Shown: one piece after another, positions 1 through 7,628 of the stretch | Layout of the letters: the number at the start of each line of letters is the position of its first letter | How positions within the stretch are numbered: position 1 is the stretch's first letter | Source: a virus | Lineage: Duplodnaviria > Heunggongvirae > Uroviricota > Caudoviricetes | Reading direction: 5' to 3' (one strand) | Virus record (IMG/VR): IMGVR_UViG_2529292909_000013 | Location: 1 to 21,728 of that record | DNA length: 21,728 bases | The notes under the pieces: model-generated | The model's database searches: none | Told to the model about the DNA's origin: nothing | The model's input: only the letters and a program-made list of their open reading frames with translations | Made by a program: the position numbers and the translations under genes

Positions 1-402
1 CTACTGGTTACGTTTCTTTAGTGCCAGCATGTTCTCGAAGGCTTCCTCGTAGAGCTTGTTTAGTCCACGTAGCTGGTTAAGGAGTTTGGCTTTTTCTGAC
101 GCAGGTAGAATCTCGAAGAGGTTAAGTAACTCTGCCTGTTCTTCATTGACCAGCCTCCATCCTTTGCCTGAAAAGTTATCATCATAAGTATCTGATGATC
201 TTACATAATTCATTAAGTCTTTAAGGTCTTCTCGAATGTCCTCTGGTTTTACCTTTAACAGAGCCGCAAATTTTAGCGCAGCGTCGGTATTTACCGGTAT
301 CTTGCCGTTCAGATACTGGCTAACGGTGCCTTGAGATTCGAATCCCAACAACTCAGCCGCCAGCTCTTGAGTCAGCTTCAGCTCTTTTTTCTTGCATTCC
401 AT
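1..402 (-). CDS. Prophage repressor, XRE-family HTH (DicA/CI-like, no S24 peptidase domain)
   Basis: 133-aa minus-strand ORF filling 1..402 with stop at 1..3. N-terminal HTH-like segment (LTQELAAELLGFESQGTVSQYLNGK) and C-terminal part resembling DicA-type repressors. Divergent from a Cro-like gene, as in lambdoid immunity regions. Confidence 0.65.
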   Translation of the reverse strand: MECKKKELKLTQELAAELLGFESQGTVSQYLNGKIPVNTDAALKFAALLKVKPEDIREDLKDLMNYVRSSDTYDDNFSGKGWRLVNEEQAELLNLFEILPASEKAKLLNQLRGLNKLYEEAFENMLALKKRNQ

Positions 403-488
403 GCGGCTTTTAAATTCTTGCTCGCTTCTGGAGTTGCAATCACTTCGCGTGTTTTTTCATACATAGAGTTTATTTGTTTTACCAATAT

Positions 489-535
489 TATCAAAGATAG
501 TCTGGCTATTGATCTTTAAAATTAGCGGGGCTAAT
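489..535. promoter_or_regulatory. Candidate operator palindromes in the divergent repressor/cro intergenic region
   Basis: Perfect inverted repeat ATTAGC-GGG-GCTAAT at 521..535 and TATC-AAA-GATA at 489..499, lying between the divergently transcribed repressor and cro-like genes. Confidence 0.3.
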
Positions 536-561
536 ATTTGCTCGAGGCATAACGTAGAAGG

Positions 562-843
562 TTGGCTATGAACTTAAGAGACTATTTAAAAGAGAAACAT
601 ATCACCCAGCTACAGTTTGGGAAGCTAACGGGTTTATCTCAGGTGCATGTAAGTCGAGTGCTGGGGGGCTATGAAAGATTCAGCCCTGAAAAAGCATTAC
701 GTGTTGCTGAAGTAACGAATTTCGAGGTTACACCTCATGAACTCCGGCCTGATATTTACCCGAATCCAACCGACGGCTTACCTGTTGGATTCAAGGCTAA
801 CACACCAAATGCATCGGAGTTGATTCATGAAAATCAGGCATGA
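562..843 (+). CDS. Cro-like HTH regulator (YdaS-like)
   Basis: 93-aa ORF divergent from the repressor. HTH-like segment (LQFGKLTGLSQVHVSRVL) and the HELRPDIYP motif that I recall from YdaS-family Cro-like proteins of Rac-type prophages. Confidence 0.55.
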   Translation: MAMNLRDYLKEKHITQLQFGKLTGLSQVHVSRVLGGYERFSPEKALRVAEVTNFEVTPHELRPDIYPNPTDGLPVGFKANTPNASELIHENQA

Positions 844-1252
844 GCACATCCGCATGGCGATGAATGCCTGGGCGCATCCGGACGGTGAAAAAGTTCCGGC
901 AGCTGAAATAACCCGGGCTTATTTTGAGCTTGGTATGACGTTCCCGGAATTATATGACGACAGCCATCCGGAAGCCCTGGCTCGCAATACCCAGAAAATT
1001 TTCCGCTGGGTGGAGAAAGACACTCCTGATGCGGTTAAAAAAATTCAGGCGTTGTTACCAGCGATCGAAAAAGCAATGCCGCCTCTGCTGGTGGCCCGAA
1101 TGCGCAGCCACAGTTCAGCTTATTTTCGGGAGCTGGTGGAGACGCGGGAACGACTGGTGAGAGACGCTGATGATTTTGTCGCAGTGGCGATCGCTGGTTT
1201 CAACCAGATGAATCGTGGTGGCCCTGCAGGAAATATTGTGGCTGTGCATTGA
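827..1252 (+). CDS. YdaT-like protein (CII position of immunity region)
   Basis: 141-aa ORF overlapping the end of the cro-like gene by 17 nt; position and size match YdaT-like proteins that follow ydaS in lambdoid prophages. Start codon uncertain (alternative Met at 854). Confidence 0.45.
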   Translation: MKIRHEHIRMAMNAWAHPDGEKVPAAEITRAYFELGMTFPELYDDSHPEALARNTQKIFRWVEKDTPDAVKKIQALLPAIEKAMPPLLVARMRSHSSAYFRELVETRERLVRDADDFVAVAIAGFNQMNRGGPAGNIVAVH

Positions 1253-1317
1253 CTCGCAATATTCATACCGGATCACTTCCGGCAATTTGTGAGTAAAAAG
1301 ATTCGGTATCAGAAGAG

Positions 1318-1797
1318 GTGAGTATGGCTAACGCCTGGCTCAGATTATGGCATGACATGCCAAATGACCCTAAGTGGCGAACAATTGCCAGGGTGTCAGG
1401 GCAGCCAATTGCAACAGTGATGGCAGTGTATATCCACCTTCTGGTGAGCGCGTCACGAAATGTCACGACATGTCACGGCGTGTCACTACGTGGTCACATT
1501 GATGTCACGACGGAAGATTTAGCAAGTGCGCTTGATGTGACGGAAGAAGTAATTGATTCAATTTTACAGGCAATGCAGGGGCGGGTACTTGATGGAGATT
1601 TAATCACCGGATGGGAAAAACGCCAGGTACTGAAAGAGGACAATGGCAACGTTTCACAAACCGCGAAATCCCCGGCAGAGCGCAAGAGAGCGCAGCGCGA
1701 GAGGGAAAAATTACGAAAACAGAATGAGGGGTGTCACGACGAGTCACGCATATGTCACGACGAGTCACGACAGATAAAGATACAGATAAAGAATTAA
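1318..1797 (+). CDS. Replication initiator, phage replisome-organizer N-terminal domain (O-like); reading frame terminates inside a repeat region
   Basis: GAGGTG Shine-Dalgarno before ATG 1318. N-terminus WLRLWHDMPNDPKWRTIARVSG...AVYIHLL fits the phage replisome organizer N-terminal signature. Carries in-gene direct repeats; frame 1 ends at 1797 shortly after the 21-bp tandem repeat. Confidence 0.55.
   Translation: MSMANAWLRLWHDMPNDPKWRTIARVSGQPIATVMAVYIHLLVSASRNVTTCHGVSLRGHIDVTTEDLASALDVTEEVIDSILQAMQGRVLDGDLITGWEKRQVLKEDNGNVSQTAKSPAERKRAQREREKLRKQNEGCHDESRICHDESRQIKIQIKN
1451..1510. repeat. Six phased direct repeats with GTCAC core at about 10-bp spacing (candidate iterons/origin)
   Basis: cGTCACgaaa tGTCACgaca tGTCACggcg tGTCACtacg tgGTCACatt gatGTCACga read directly; helical-period spacing inside the initiator gene, analogous to lambda ori iterons inside O. 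Confidence 0.5.
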
Positions 1798-2354
1798 ACC
1801 CCACACATAACGCGCACGTGCGCGAGAGTGCTCCGACCAGTGAGTCGAGTGGTACGCCGTTGCAGGCAGCAGAACCTGCATCCCTGGATGGACTGAGCGA
1901 ACCCATCGGGAAATTTCCGATGGTCGATGACTGGCATCCGTCGCCGGATTTTCGACGACGGGCTGCGTTGTGGGGGATGGCTTTGCCGGAGCCGGAATTT
2001 ACACCTGCTGAACTTGCCGCTTTCCGGGACTACTGGGCAGCGGAGGGGAAAGTTTTCACGCAGGTTCAGTGGGAGCAGAAATTCGCCCGTCACGTAAATC
2101 ACGTCAGGGCGCAGGTTAAGCCAGTCAGCAAGGGGGTAAACCATGCAGCAGCACCAGGTGGCACCGCATCACGGGCAGTTCAGGAAATTCGGGCAGCACG
2201 TGAGCAGTGGGAACGTGAAAACGGATTTATCAGCGACGGAAACGGTCTGGAAGCTGTGGGAACTCATGGGGGAGGTTTATTCGAACCGCTGGACCCAGAA
2301 GAACGGGGCCGCACCTTCGAAGCTCTGGATTGCACAGATTGGCGCGATGACTGA
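1731..2354 (+). CDS. Distal part of the replication initiator in a shifted frame (frameshifted gene or separate ORF)
   Basis: Frame-3 ORF opens right after a TGA at 1725..1727 with a GTG at 1731, inside the tandem repeat, and runs to TGA 2352..2354, which overlaps ATG 2347 of the next gene (ATGACTGA coupling). No canonical start or RBS seen. Confidence 0.4.
   Translation: MSRRVTHMSRRVTTDKDTDKELNPTHNAHVRESAPTSESSGTPLQAAEPASLDGLSEPIGKFPMVDDWHPSPDFRRRAALWGMALPEPEFTPAELAAFRDYWAAEGKVFTQVQWEQKFARHVNHVRAQVKPVSKGVNHAAAPGGTASRAVQEIRAAREQWERENGFISDGNGLEAVGTHGGGLFEPLDPEERGRTFEALDCTDWRDD
1732..1773. repeat. Two tandem 21-bp direct repeats (TGTCACGACGAGTCACG core)
   Basis: Copy 1 at 1732..1752 and copy 2 at 1753..1773 share a 17-nt identical core; same GTCAC motif as the upstream iteron cluster. 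The frame switch between the two parts of the replication gene maps here. Confidence 0.5.
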
Positions 2355-2808
2355 GCAGCAAATCCGACAGGTCTGCCGCCAGTGCATGGACCGCTGCCGG
2401 GCGGGTGAAACATGGCCTCCGGACCTGGCTGAGTTTGTGGCACTGATTTCGGAAAGCGGAGCCAATCCATTCGGTCTGACGGTGGATGCTGTGATGGAGG
2501 AGTACCGCCGCTGGCGCAATGAGTCCTGGCGATATGACGGAAGTGATAAGTACCCGTGGCCTCAGCCTGTGCTGTATCACATTTGCCTTGAGATGCGTTC
2601 AAAGGGGATTGAGCGCCAGATGACCGAAGGGGAATTAAAACGGCTTGCAGAACGGCAGCTGACGAAATGGGCAAAGCATGTTAGTAACGGCCTGAGCGTT
2701 CCGCCAGTCCGGCGACAACTGGCGGCACCCAAACGCCCGTCGGGGCCAACGCCAATTGAGCTGCTGAAACAGGAATATGAGCGCCGGAAAGCGGCTGGGT
2801 TTGTTTGA
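2347..2808 (+). CDS. Replication protein P-like (helicase loader family)
   Basis: C-terminal region (WPPDLAEFVAL...YPWPQPVLYHICLEMR...ELKRLAERQL) aligns by eye with lambda P as I recall it. The frame is open from 2143, so the true start may be 2143, 2266 or 2347. Confidence 0.5.
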   Translation: MTEQQIRQVCRQCMDRCRAGETWPPDLAEFVALISESGANPFGLTVDAVMEEYRRWRNESWRYDGSDKYPWPQPVLYHICLEMRSKGIERQMTEGELKRLAERQLTKWAKHVSNGLSVPPVRRQLAAPKRPSGPTPIELLKQEYERRKAAGFV

Positions 2809-2840
2809 GTTGAGAAGTAATTTTTACCGGGAGGAAATTT

Positions 2841-3602
2841 ATGGAGACTGTTTTTGACGCACTGAAAGCGATGGGAAAAGCCACGTCGGTAGAGCTGGCT
2901 GCGCGACTTGATATCAGTCGTGAAGAAGTGCTGAACGAACTATGGGAACTGAAAAAGGCTGGTTTCGTTGATAAAAGCGCGTACACCTGGCGTGTGGCTG
3001 ATAACAACGTTCAGCAGGAACAGCCAGCGCAGGCAGAACTGCCGGAAGAAACCACCACAGCAACAGTAGCGAAAATCTCAGAGTGCGATTTAACCGCAAC
3101 GATTGAACAACGCGGATCACAAACGGCGGATGAACTGGCTACGTTTTTCGGCATCACATCACGCAAAGTGGCTTCAAAGCTGGCAATGGCAATCAGTAAA
3201 GGTCGTCTGATTCGCGTTAATCAGGACGGTAAATTTCGTTACTGCATACCGGGCGCTGATTTACCGGCAGAGCCGGAAGCTGCATCCGTAGCGGAAACGG
3301 ATGGTAAAGCCTTTCCTCAGCCAGCAGGTGCTGCGTTACCAGTCCGGGACGCAGCAACACAGGAAGAAATTAAAACAGAAACTGTGGCGGACATTGTGCA
3401 GCCGTTGCCATCGTTTACCGAAACGCAAGCAGATGAGCTGATTTTTCCGTCCCTTCGCAGGGCAAACCTGGCGCTGCGCAGGGCGAAAAGTGATGTTCAG
3501 AAGTGGGAGCGAGTCTGCGCCGCGCTGCGGGAGCTGAACAAGCACCGGGATATTGTTCGACAGATTACTGATTCTTCCCGCCGTGTTGTATCGGAAAAGT
3601 GA
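2841..3602 (+). CDS. Hypothetical prophage protein with two winged-helix-like segments
   Basis: 253-aa ORF with GGGAGG RBS upstream; two HTH-like stretches ([20 protein letters not shown] and [20 protein letters not shown]) separated by an acidic/proline linker. Confidence 0.5.
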   Translation: METVFDALKAMGKATSVELAARLDISREEVLNELWELKKAGFVDKSAYTWRVADNNVQQEQPAQAELPEETTTATVAKISECDLTATIEQRGSQTADELATFFGITSRKVASKLAMAISKGRLIRVNQDGKFRYCIPGADLPAEPEAASVAETDGKAFPQPAGAALPVRDAATQEEIKTETVADIVQPLPSFTETQADELIFPSLRRANLALRRAKSDVQKWERVCAALRELNKHRDIVRQITDSSRRVVSEK

Positions 3603-3617
3603 TTGCCGGAGGCGCTT

Positions 3618-4040
3618 ATGGCAAAAGCATTTACACAAGAAGAGCGGGAAAAAATTAAAGGGCAGGTTGTTGAACTCGTACGCCAGAGTGGGCGCGAGAC
3701 GTTACGACAACTGGAAACTAAAACTGGGGCAACAAGATATCTGATGAGCGTTCTGGCCAGAGAGCTGGTTGCCAGTGGCGATGTATACAACTCTGGTTAC
3801 GGGTTATTCCCGTCTGAACAGGCGCGTAAGGACTGGCAAAATGCCCGTAAAAAGCTCTCAAGGGCAAAGCCGAAGAAACCATCTGCGGTTGATCCGGACC
3901 TTATCTGGTCGTTACCAGACGGCGAAATACGCCGCTACGACAGGCGTCAAAACATAATCTGTCGCGAGTGCTGGAAGAGTGAAGCTATGCAGCGTGTACT
4001 GGCTTTCTATCAGGGGAATTTTCAGAAGGTGCTGTTGTGA
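3618..4040 (+). CDS. Hypothetical protein
   Basis: ATG at 3618 preceded by GGAGG; 140 aa; basic central region; no recognisable family. Confidence 0.45.
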   Translation: MAKAFTQEEREKIKGQVVELVRQSGRETLRQLETKTGATRYLMSVLARELVASGDVYNSGYGLFPSEQARKDWQNARKKLSRAKPKKPSAVDPDLIWSLPDGEIRRYDRRQNIICRECWKSEAMQRVLAFYQGNFQKVLL

Positions 4041-4151
4041 GCCAAATTAACAATCGGAACTTCGTGAAGAGAAAGAGAAAGCATAATCCAAATCTGAATA
4101 ATTAAGTTCAGCACTGTAAATAAAATTTAATCCTTAACTGGAGGTATATCT

Positions 4152-4364
4152 ATGTCAAATACACAGAAAATTATTAACACTGAAAAATATAACGAGTGGG
4201 TGAAAAAATTCTCTGAACAGATTTTTAAAATTACTGGCGACGAGAATGTGGCAAAAAATGAATTAGAACCGTGGACACCTGAAGGAAACGCACCAAATTA
4301 TTGCTGGTGGGAGGTTGATCCGGTTGATGCTGCAAATGAAGCCATGAGTTACCACAACGATTAA
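4152..4364 (+). CDS. Hypothetical small acidic protein (A+T-rich island)
   Basis: 70-aa ORF with GGAGG RBS; A+T-rich compared with flanking DNA. Confidence 0.45.
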   Translation: MSNTQKIINTEKYNEWVKKFSEQIFKITGDENVAKNELEPWTPEGNAPNYCWWEVDPVDAANEAMSYHND

Positions 4365-4396
4365 TGTCGGGAGGCCGCCCGAAAGGGCGGTAAGAA

Positions 4397-4615
4397 ATGA
4401 CTACATTATTCAGAAAAGAATATCCGCAAAAAAGTAGAGCGACAGAATTTTTGTTTCTCATTCTGTTTATCGTATTGATGATACCGATATCCCCTCTAAT
4501 TGTTGTCTGGGCAATCGGGAAAATAATTGAGCCAGTTACTGAATTGTATACCGACGTTGTATGGGCGTCGTTCAACACACTGCACAATAAAATTAATCCG
4601 TATAAGGAAAACTGA
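4397..4615 (+). CDS. Hypothetical small membrane protein
   Basis: 72 aa with a long hydrophobic stretch (FLFLILFIVLMIPISPLIVVWAIG). Preceded by a GC stem with GAAA tetraloop (ggccgcccGAAAgggcgg, about 4371..4389) that has no T-tract. Confidence 0.4.
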   Translation: MTTLFRKEYPQKSRATEFLFLILFIVLMIPISPLIVVWAIGKIIEPVTELYTDVVWASFNTLHNKINPYKEN

Positions 4616-4616
4616 T

Positions 4617-4880
4617 ATGGCAACTTTGACAAAAAAAGAACGGGCATGGTTGAACGAATTACAGGAAGTTCTTGATCGCTGTCCATCACCGAAAAAAATT
4701 GGCTTTTACACCATTGGCGATAAAAGCATTTACCTGTATGACCTACGCCGCATGGATGAAATCATGGAGGCTCTTGATAATCGTTCGTCGATGGATTGGT
4801 GTGTTGCTGTTCATGATATGAATGCAGGGTTTGATGAAAAGATTTTGTTCCCCTCATCAGTTGAAAGCACTGCGGGTTAA
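4617..4880 (+). CDS. Hypothetical protein
   Basis: ATG 4617 two nt after the stop of the preceding ORF; 87 aa. Confidence 0.45.
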   Translation: MATLTKKERAWLNELQEVLDRCPSPKKIGFYTIGDKSIYLYDLRRMDEIMEALDNRSSMDWCVAVHDMNAGFDEKILFPSSVESTAG

Positions 4881-4890
4881 GGAGTAACAC

Positions 4891-5058
4891 ATGACCACTA
4901 TTACCAAAGAACGTATTGAATTGTTCATTAAAAACCCGCTTGAAAACGGGCTTACCCGTGGTGAACAAATGGAACTGGCACGGATTGCGCTGGCATCGCT
5001 GGAAGCAGAGCCGGTTGTGTTCTGGTTTGAAAAATATCAAGAAGGGGCTACGGCATGA
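4891..5058 (+). CDS. Hypothetical small protein (55 aa)
   Basis: AAGGAG RBS before ATG 4891; stop overlaps the next start (ATGA at 5055..5058); shares the motif IAL-SL-AEP with the next ORF. Below the 60-aa cutoff of the supplied track. Confidence 0.35.
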   Translation: MTTITKERIELFIKNPLENGLTRGEQMELARIALASLEAEPVVFWFEKYQEGATA

Positions 5059-5399
5059 CGACTTTTACCAGAGAGCAGTTAATAGCTCACGCAGAGGAGA
5101 CTATTGAAGCACAGAGACTGTGCATACCGGGCACAATCGACCATGACATCATCCGCACATATAAGATGGATATTGCTGTTCTGGAAATCGCACTGGTATC
5201 GCTGGCAGCAGAGCCAGCCGGTAAATTGCATGAATACAAACCAGTGGGATATCAGCGTCTGGTCGATGAGTTAACCATGCTGGTAAAGCAGTTAACCTGG
5301 CAACTGAGGAAAGCGAAGCCAGACTGCAAATTACCGGATAAGGCGATGAGTTATCTGGAGCGGAACGGACTGATAAGCGTGGAGGATATTTTACGATGA
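5055..5399 (+). CDS. Hypothetical protein
   Basis: 114 aa; translationally coupled on both sides (ATGA overlaps at 5055 and 5396). Confidence 0.45.
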   Translation: MTTFTREQLIAHAEETIEAQRLCIPGTIDHDIIRTYKMDIAVLEIALVSLAAEPAGKLHEYKPVGYQRLVDELTMLVKQLTWQLRKAKPDCKLPDKAMSYLERNGLISVEDILR

Positions 5400-5479
5400 C
5401 TTGGCCTGAAGCATTAACAACGGTAGGAATTGCGATGGCGGTGGCGCTGGTGGTGTATTCGATTTGCCGCTGGGGATAA
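5396..5479 (+). CDS. Possible 27-aa hydrophobic peptide
   Basis: ATG 5396 overlaps the stop of the upstream ORF; GGAGG at 5381..5385; product [27 protein letters not shown] is a single predicted transmembrane helix. Confidence 0.25.
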   Translation: MTWPEALTTVGIAMAVALVVYSICRWG

Positions 5480-5690
5480 AAACGGTTTGCGGGAAAAGGA
5501 GAGTTAAGTAGAATTGCAGCGGGTGCTTGAGGCTATCTGTCTCAGGCATGAACACCAAAAGGCAGATAGAGAAAAGCCCCAGTTAACATTACGCGTCCGG
5601 CAAGACGCTTAACATTAATCTGAGGCCATATCTATGCTCTACACACGTAGGTTAGCCTCTTACGTGCCGAAAGGCAAGGAGAAGCAGGCT

Positions 5691-5846
5691 ATGAAGCAGC
5701 AAAAGGCGATGCTAATCGCCCTGATCGTCATCTGTTTAACCGTCATAGTGACGGCACTGGTAACGAGGAAAGACCTCTGCGAGGTACGAATCCGAACCGG
5801 CCAGACGGAGGTCGCTGTCTTCACAGCTTACGAACCTGAGGAGTAA
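5691..5846 (+). CDS. hokD: Hok/Gef-family type I toxin (HokD/RelF-like)
   Basis: 51-aa product MKQQKAMLIALIVICLTVIVTALVTRKDLCEVRIRTGQTEVAVFTAYEPEE matches Hok-family membrane toxins as I recall them; AAGGAG RBS at 5676..5681; in-frame upstream ATG at 5634 could be the mok-like start. Confidence 0.85.
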   Translation: MKQQKAMLIALIVICLTVIVTALVTRKDLCEVRIRTGQTEVAVFTAYEPEE

Positions 5847-5914
5847 GAGACCGGGCGGGGGAGAAATCCCTCGCCACCTCTGATGTGTCAGGCATCCTCA
5901 ACGCACCCGCACTT

Positions 5915-5945
5915 AACCCGCTTCGGCGGGTTTTTGTTTTTATTT
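5915..5945 (+). terminator. Intrinsic terminator after hok
   Basis: Hairpin aacccgc-ttcg-gcgggtt followed by TTTTGTTTTT. Confidence 0.6.
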
Positions 5946-6065
5946 TCAACGCGTTTGAAGTTTTAGATGGTGCCGGAATAGAATCAAAAATACTTAAGTA
6001 GCGCGCAGGGAGAAGAGGGATGGACCCCGAAGGGGAAGAGCTATTTATCTGGAAGGATTCTGAAG

Positions 6066-6239
6066 ATGAAAATCGAAGAATTACGTGAAATTTTTAGTGA
6101 AGATGGCCTCTATGCTGTGCGCGTTGAGAATGGGGGTATTACCTACACAGCGTTAATTCCTGATGATCATGTAGTGTTATCTGTTGAGGCATTCATTGAA
6201 TACTTGGAAAGACTCGGTTTCAAGGTAGTTCGGGAATAA
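6066..6239 (+). CDS. Hypothetical small protein (57 aa)
   Basis: ATG 6066 with GGAAGG RBS; MKIEELREIFSEDGLYAVRVENGGITYTALIPDDHVVLSVEAFIEYLERLGFKVVRE; below the ORF-track size cutoff. Confidence 0.4.
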   Translation: MKIEELREIFSEDGLYAVRVENGGITYTALIPDDHVVLSVEAFIEYLERLGFKVVRE

Positions 6240-6292
6240 GTTATAATACGTGAGCCAGCCTGAACAACTGGCAACCTGCAGCGCCATTGGAG

Positions 6293-6571
6293 ATGACAAT
6301 GGCGCATAATTTCAAATTTCGCAATTCTGATTCTGCCTTTGCCAGCAGGCACGGGTGGCGTTCTCACGCATTCAAATATGACTGGTATCAGCACGATCCC
6401 TGTACTGAAGAACAGGCCGAATGGCTGATTCATAACTACCGCAGACGCGGATACGAGATTAAGAAAGCCCTCACCCTCGATTATCGTCACTGGATAATCT
6501 ACGTCAGACTCCCTTATTCCGAACGCCCACCGCGTCCGTCCCGCACATTCCAGCAACGCATCTGGAGGTAA
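6293..6571 (+). CDS. Hypothetical protein
   Basis: Open frame 6287..6571; ATG at 6293 or 6299 preceded by GGAG; ends 1 nt before the next gene. Confidence 0.45.
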   Translation: MTMAHNFKFRNSDSAFASRHGWRSHAFKYDWYQHDPCTEEQAEWLIHNYRRRGYEIKKALTLDYRHWIIYVRLPYSERPPRPSRTFQQRIWR

Positions 6572-6572
6572 C

Positions 6573-7628
6573 GTGCGGGTATTACTTCGACCTGTTCTGG
6601 TACCGGAACTCGGGCTGGTGATCGTTAAGCCGGGCCGTGAATCCATGCCGGTATTCCACAATACCCGGGTACTGGTGGAGCCGGAACCGAAAAGCATGCG
6701 TAATCTGCCGTCCGGGGTTGTTCCTGCCGTTCGCCAGCCGCTGGTGGAAGACAAAACATTGCTGCCGTTTTTCAGTAACGCACGGGTGATTCGTGCTGCT
6801 GGTGGTGCTGGCGCATTGTCTGACTGGTTACTGCGCCATGTTAAATCCTGCCAGTGGCCACACGGCGATTATCACCACAGTGAAACCGTCATTCACCGTT
6901 ATGGTACCGGCGCAATGGTGTTGTGCTGGCACTGCGACAACCAGCTGCGCGACCAGACCTCCGAATCACTCGGGCAACTTGCTCACCAAAACCTGTCTGC
7001 ATGGATGATTGACGTCATACGCCATGCAATGAATGGCTCGCAGGAACGGGAATTATCGCTGGCTGAATTATCCTGGTGGGCGGTCCGCAATCAGGTGGCG
7101 GACGTGCTACCGGAAGCGGTATTACGTCGTTCGCTGGGGTTGCGTGCGGAAAAAATCCGCTCAATGTACCGTGAAAGCGACATCGTACCGGGAGAGCAGA
7201 CCGCCACCAGCATACTGAAGCAGCGCACAAAAAATCTTGCGCCGCTGCCTCACGCCCACCAGCAAAACCCGCCACAGGAAAAGACGGTGGTCAGCATTGC
7301 CGTTGATCCGGAGTCACCGGCTCAGTATCTCCAGCGCCAGAAATCACAACGGGAAGAGATGCCTGTATACACGCGTTGGGTAAAAACGCAGAAATGCATG
7401 ACGTGTGGCAATCAGGCAGATGATCCGCATCACATCATTGGTCATGGACTGGGAGGGATGGGAACAAAGGCTGATGATTTGTTTGTTATTCCGCTGTGCC
7501 GTAAATGCCATAGCGAACTACACGCCGGGGTAAAAGATTTTGAAGAAAAACACGGCAGCCAGCTGTTGTTGCTGATTCGTTTTTTAATGCACGCGAGAAA
7601 TTCGGGTGTTCTGAAGTGGAAAGCATAA
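6573..7628 (+). CDS. DUF968-family prophage protein with C-terminal HNH-like zinc-binding motif (YdfU-like)
   Basis: GTG start with GGAGG RBS; 351 aa; C-terminus carries CMTCG...DPHHIIGHGLGGMGTKADD...IPLCRKCHSELH (Cys/His HNH-like pattern). Sits immediately upstream of rusA, as in Qin/DLP12-type prophages. Confidence 0.65.
   Translation: MRVLLRPVLVPELGLVIVKPGRESMPVFHNTRVLVEPEPKSMRNLPSGVVPAVRQPLVEDKTLLPFFSNARVIRAAGGAGALSDWLLRHVKSCQWPHGDYHHSETVIHRYGTGAMVLCWHCDNQLRDQTSESLGQLAHQNLSAWMIDVIRHAMNGSQERELSLAELSWWAVRNQVADVLPEAVLRRSLGLRAEKIRSMYRESDIVPGEQTATSILKQRTKNLAPLPHAHQQNPPQEKTVVSIAVDPESPAQYLQRQKSQREEMPVYTRWVKTQKCMTCGNQADDPHHIIGHGLGGMGTKADDLFVIPLCRKCHSELHAGVKDFEEKHGSQLLLLIRFLMHARNSGVLKWKA

Noticed and set aside
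1604-2144. Minus-strand ORFs of 100 and 116 aa
   Set aside because: Antisense to the replication initiator gene and iteron region; no start context.
2230-2674. Three overlapping minus-strand ORFs (80-136 aa)
   Set aside because: All antisense within the P-like helicase-loader gene; Arg/Ser/Pro-rich translations without recognisable features.
4371-4389. Hairpin ggccgcccGAAAgggcgg as an intrinsic terminator
   Set aside because: No downstream T-tract and the next ORF starts 8 nt later; more likely an RNA structural or processing element, so not listed as a terminator.
6167-6754. 195-aa minus-strand ORF
   Set aside because: Antisense to plus-strand genes that have good RBS or coupling and a recognisable DUF968 product; no RBS, low-complexity Ser/Thr/Arg/Gly-rich translation.
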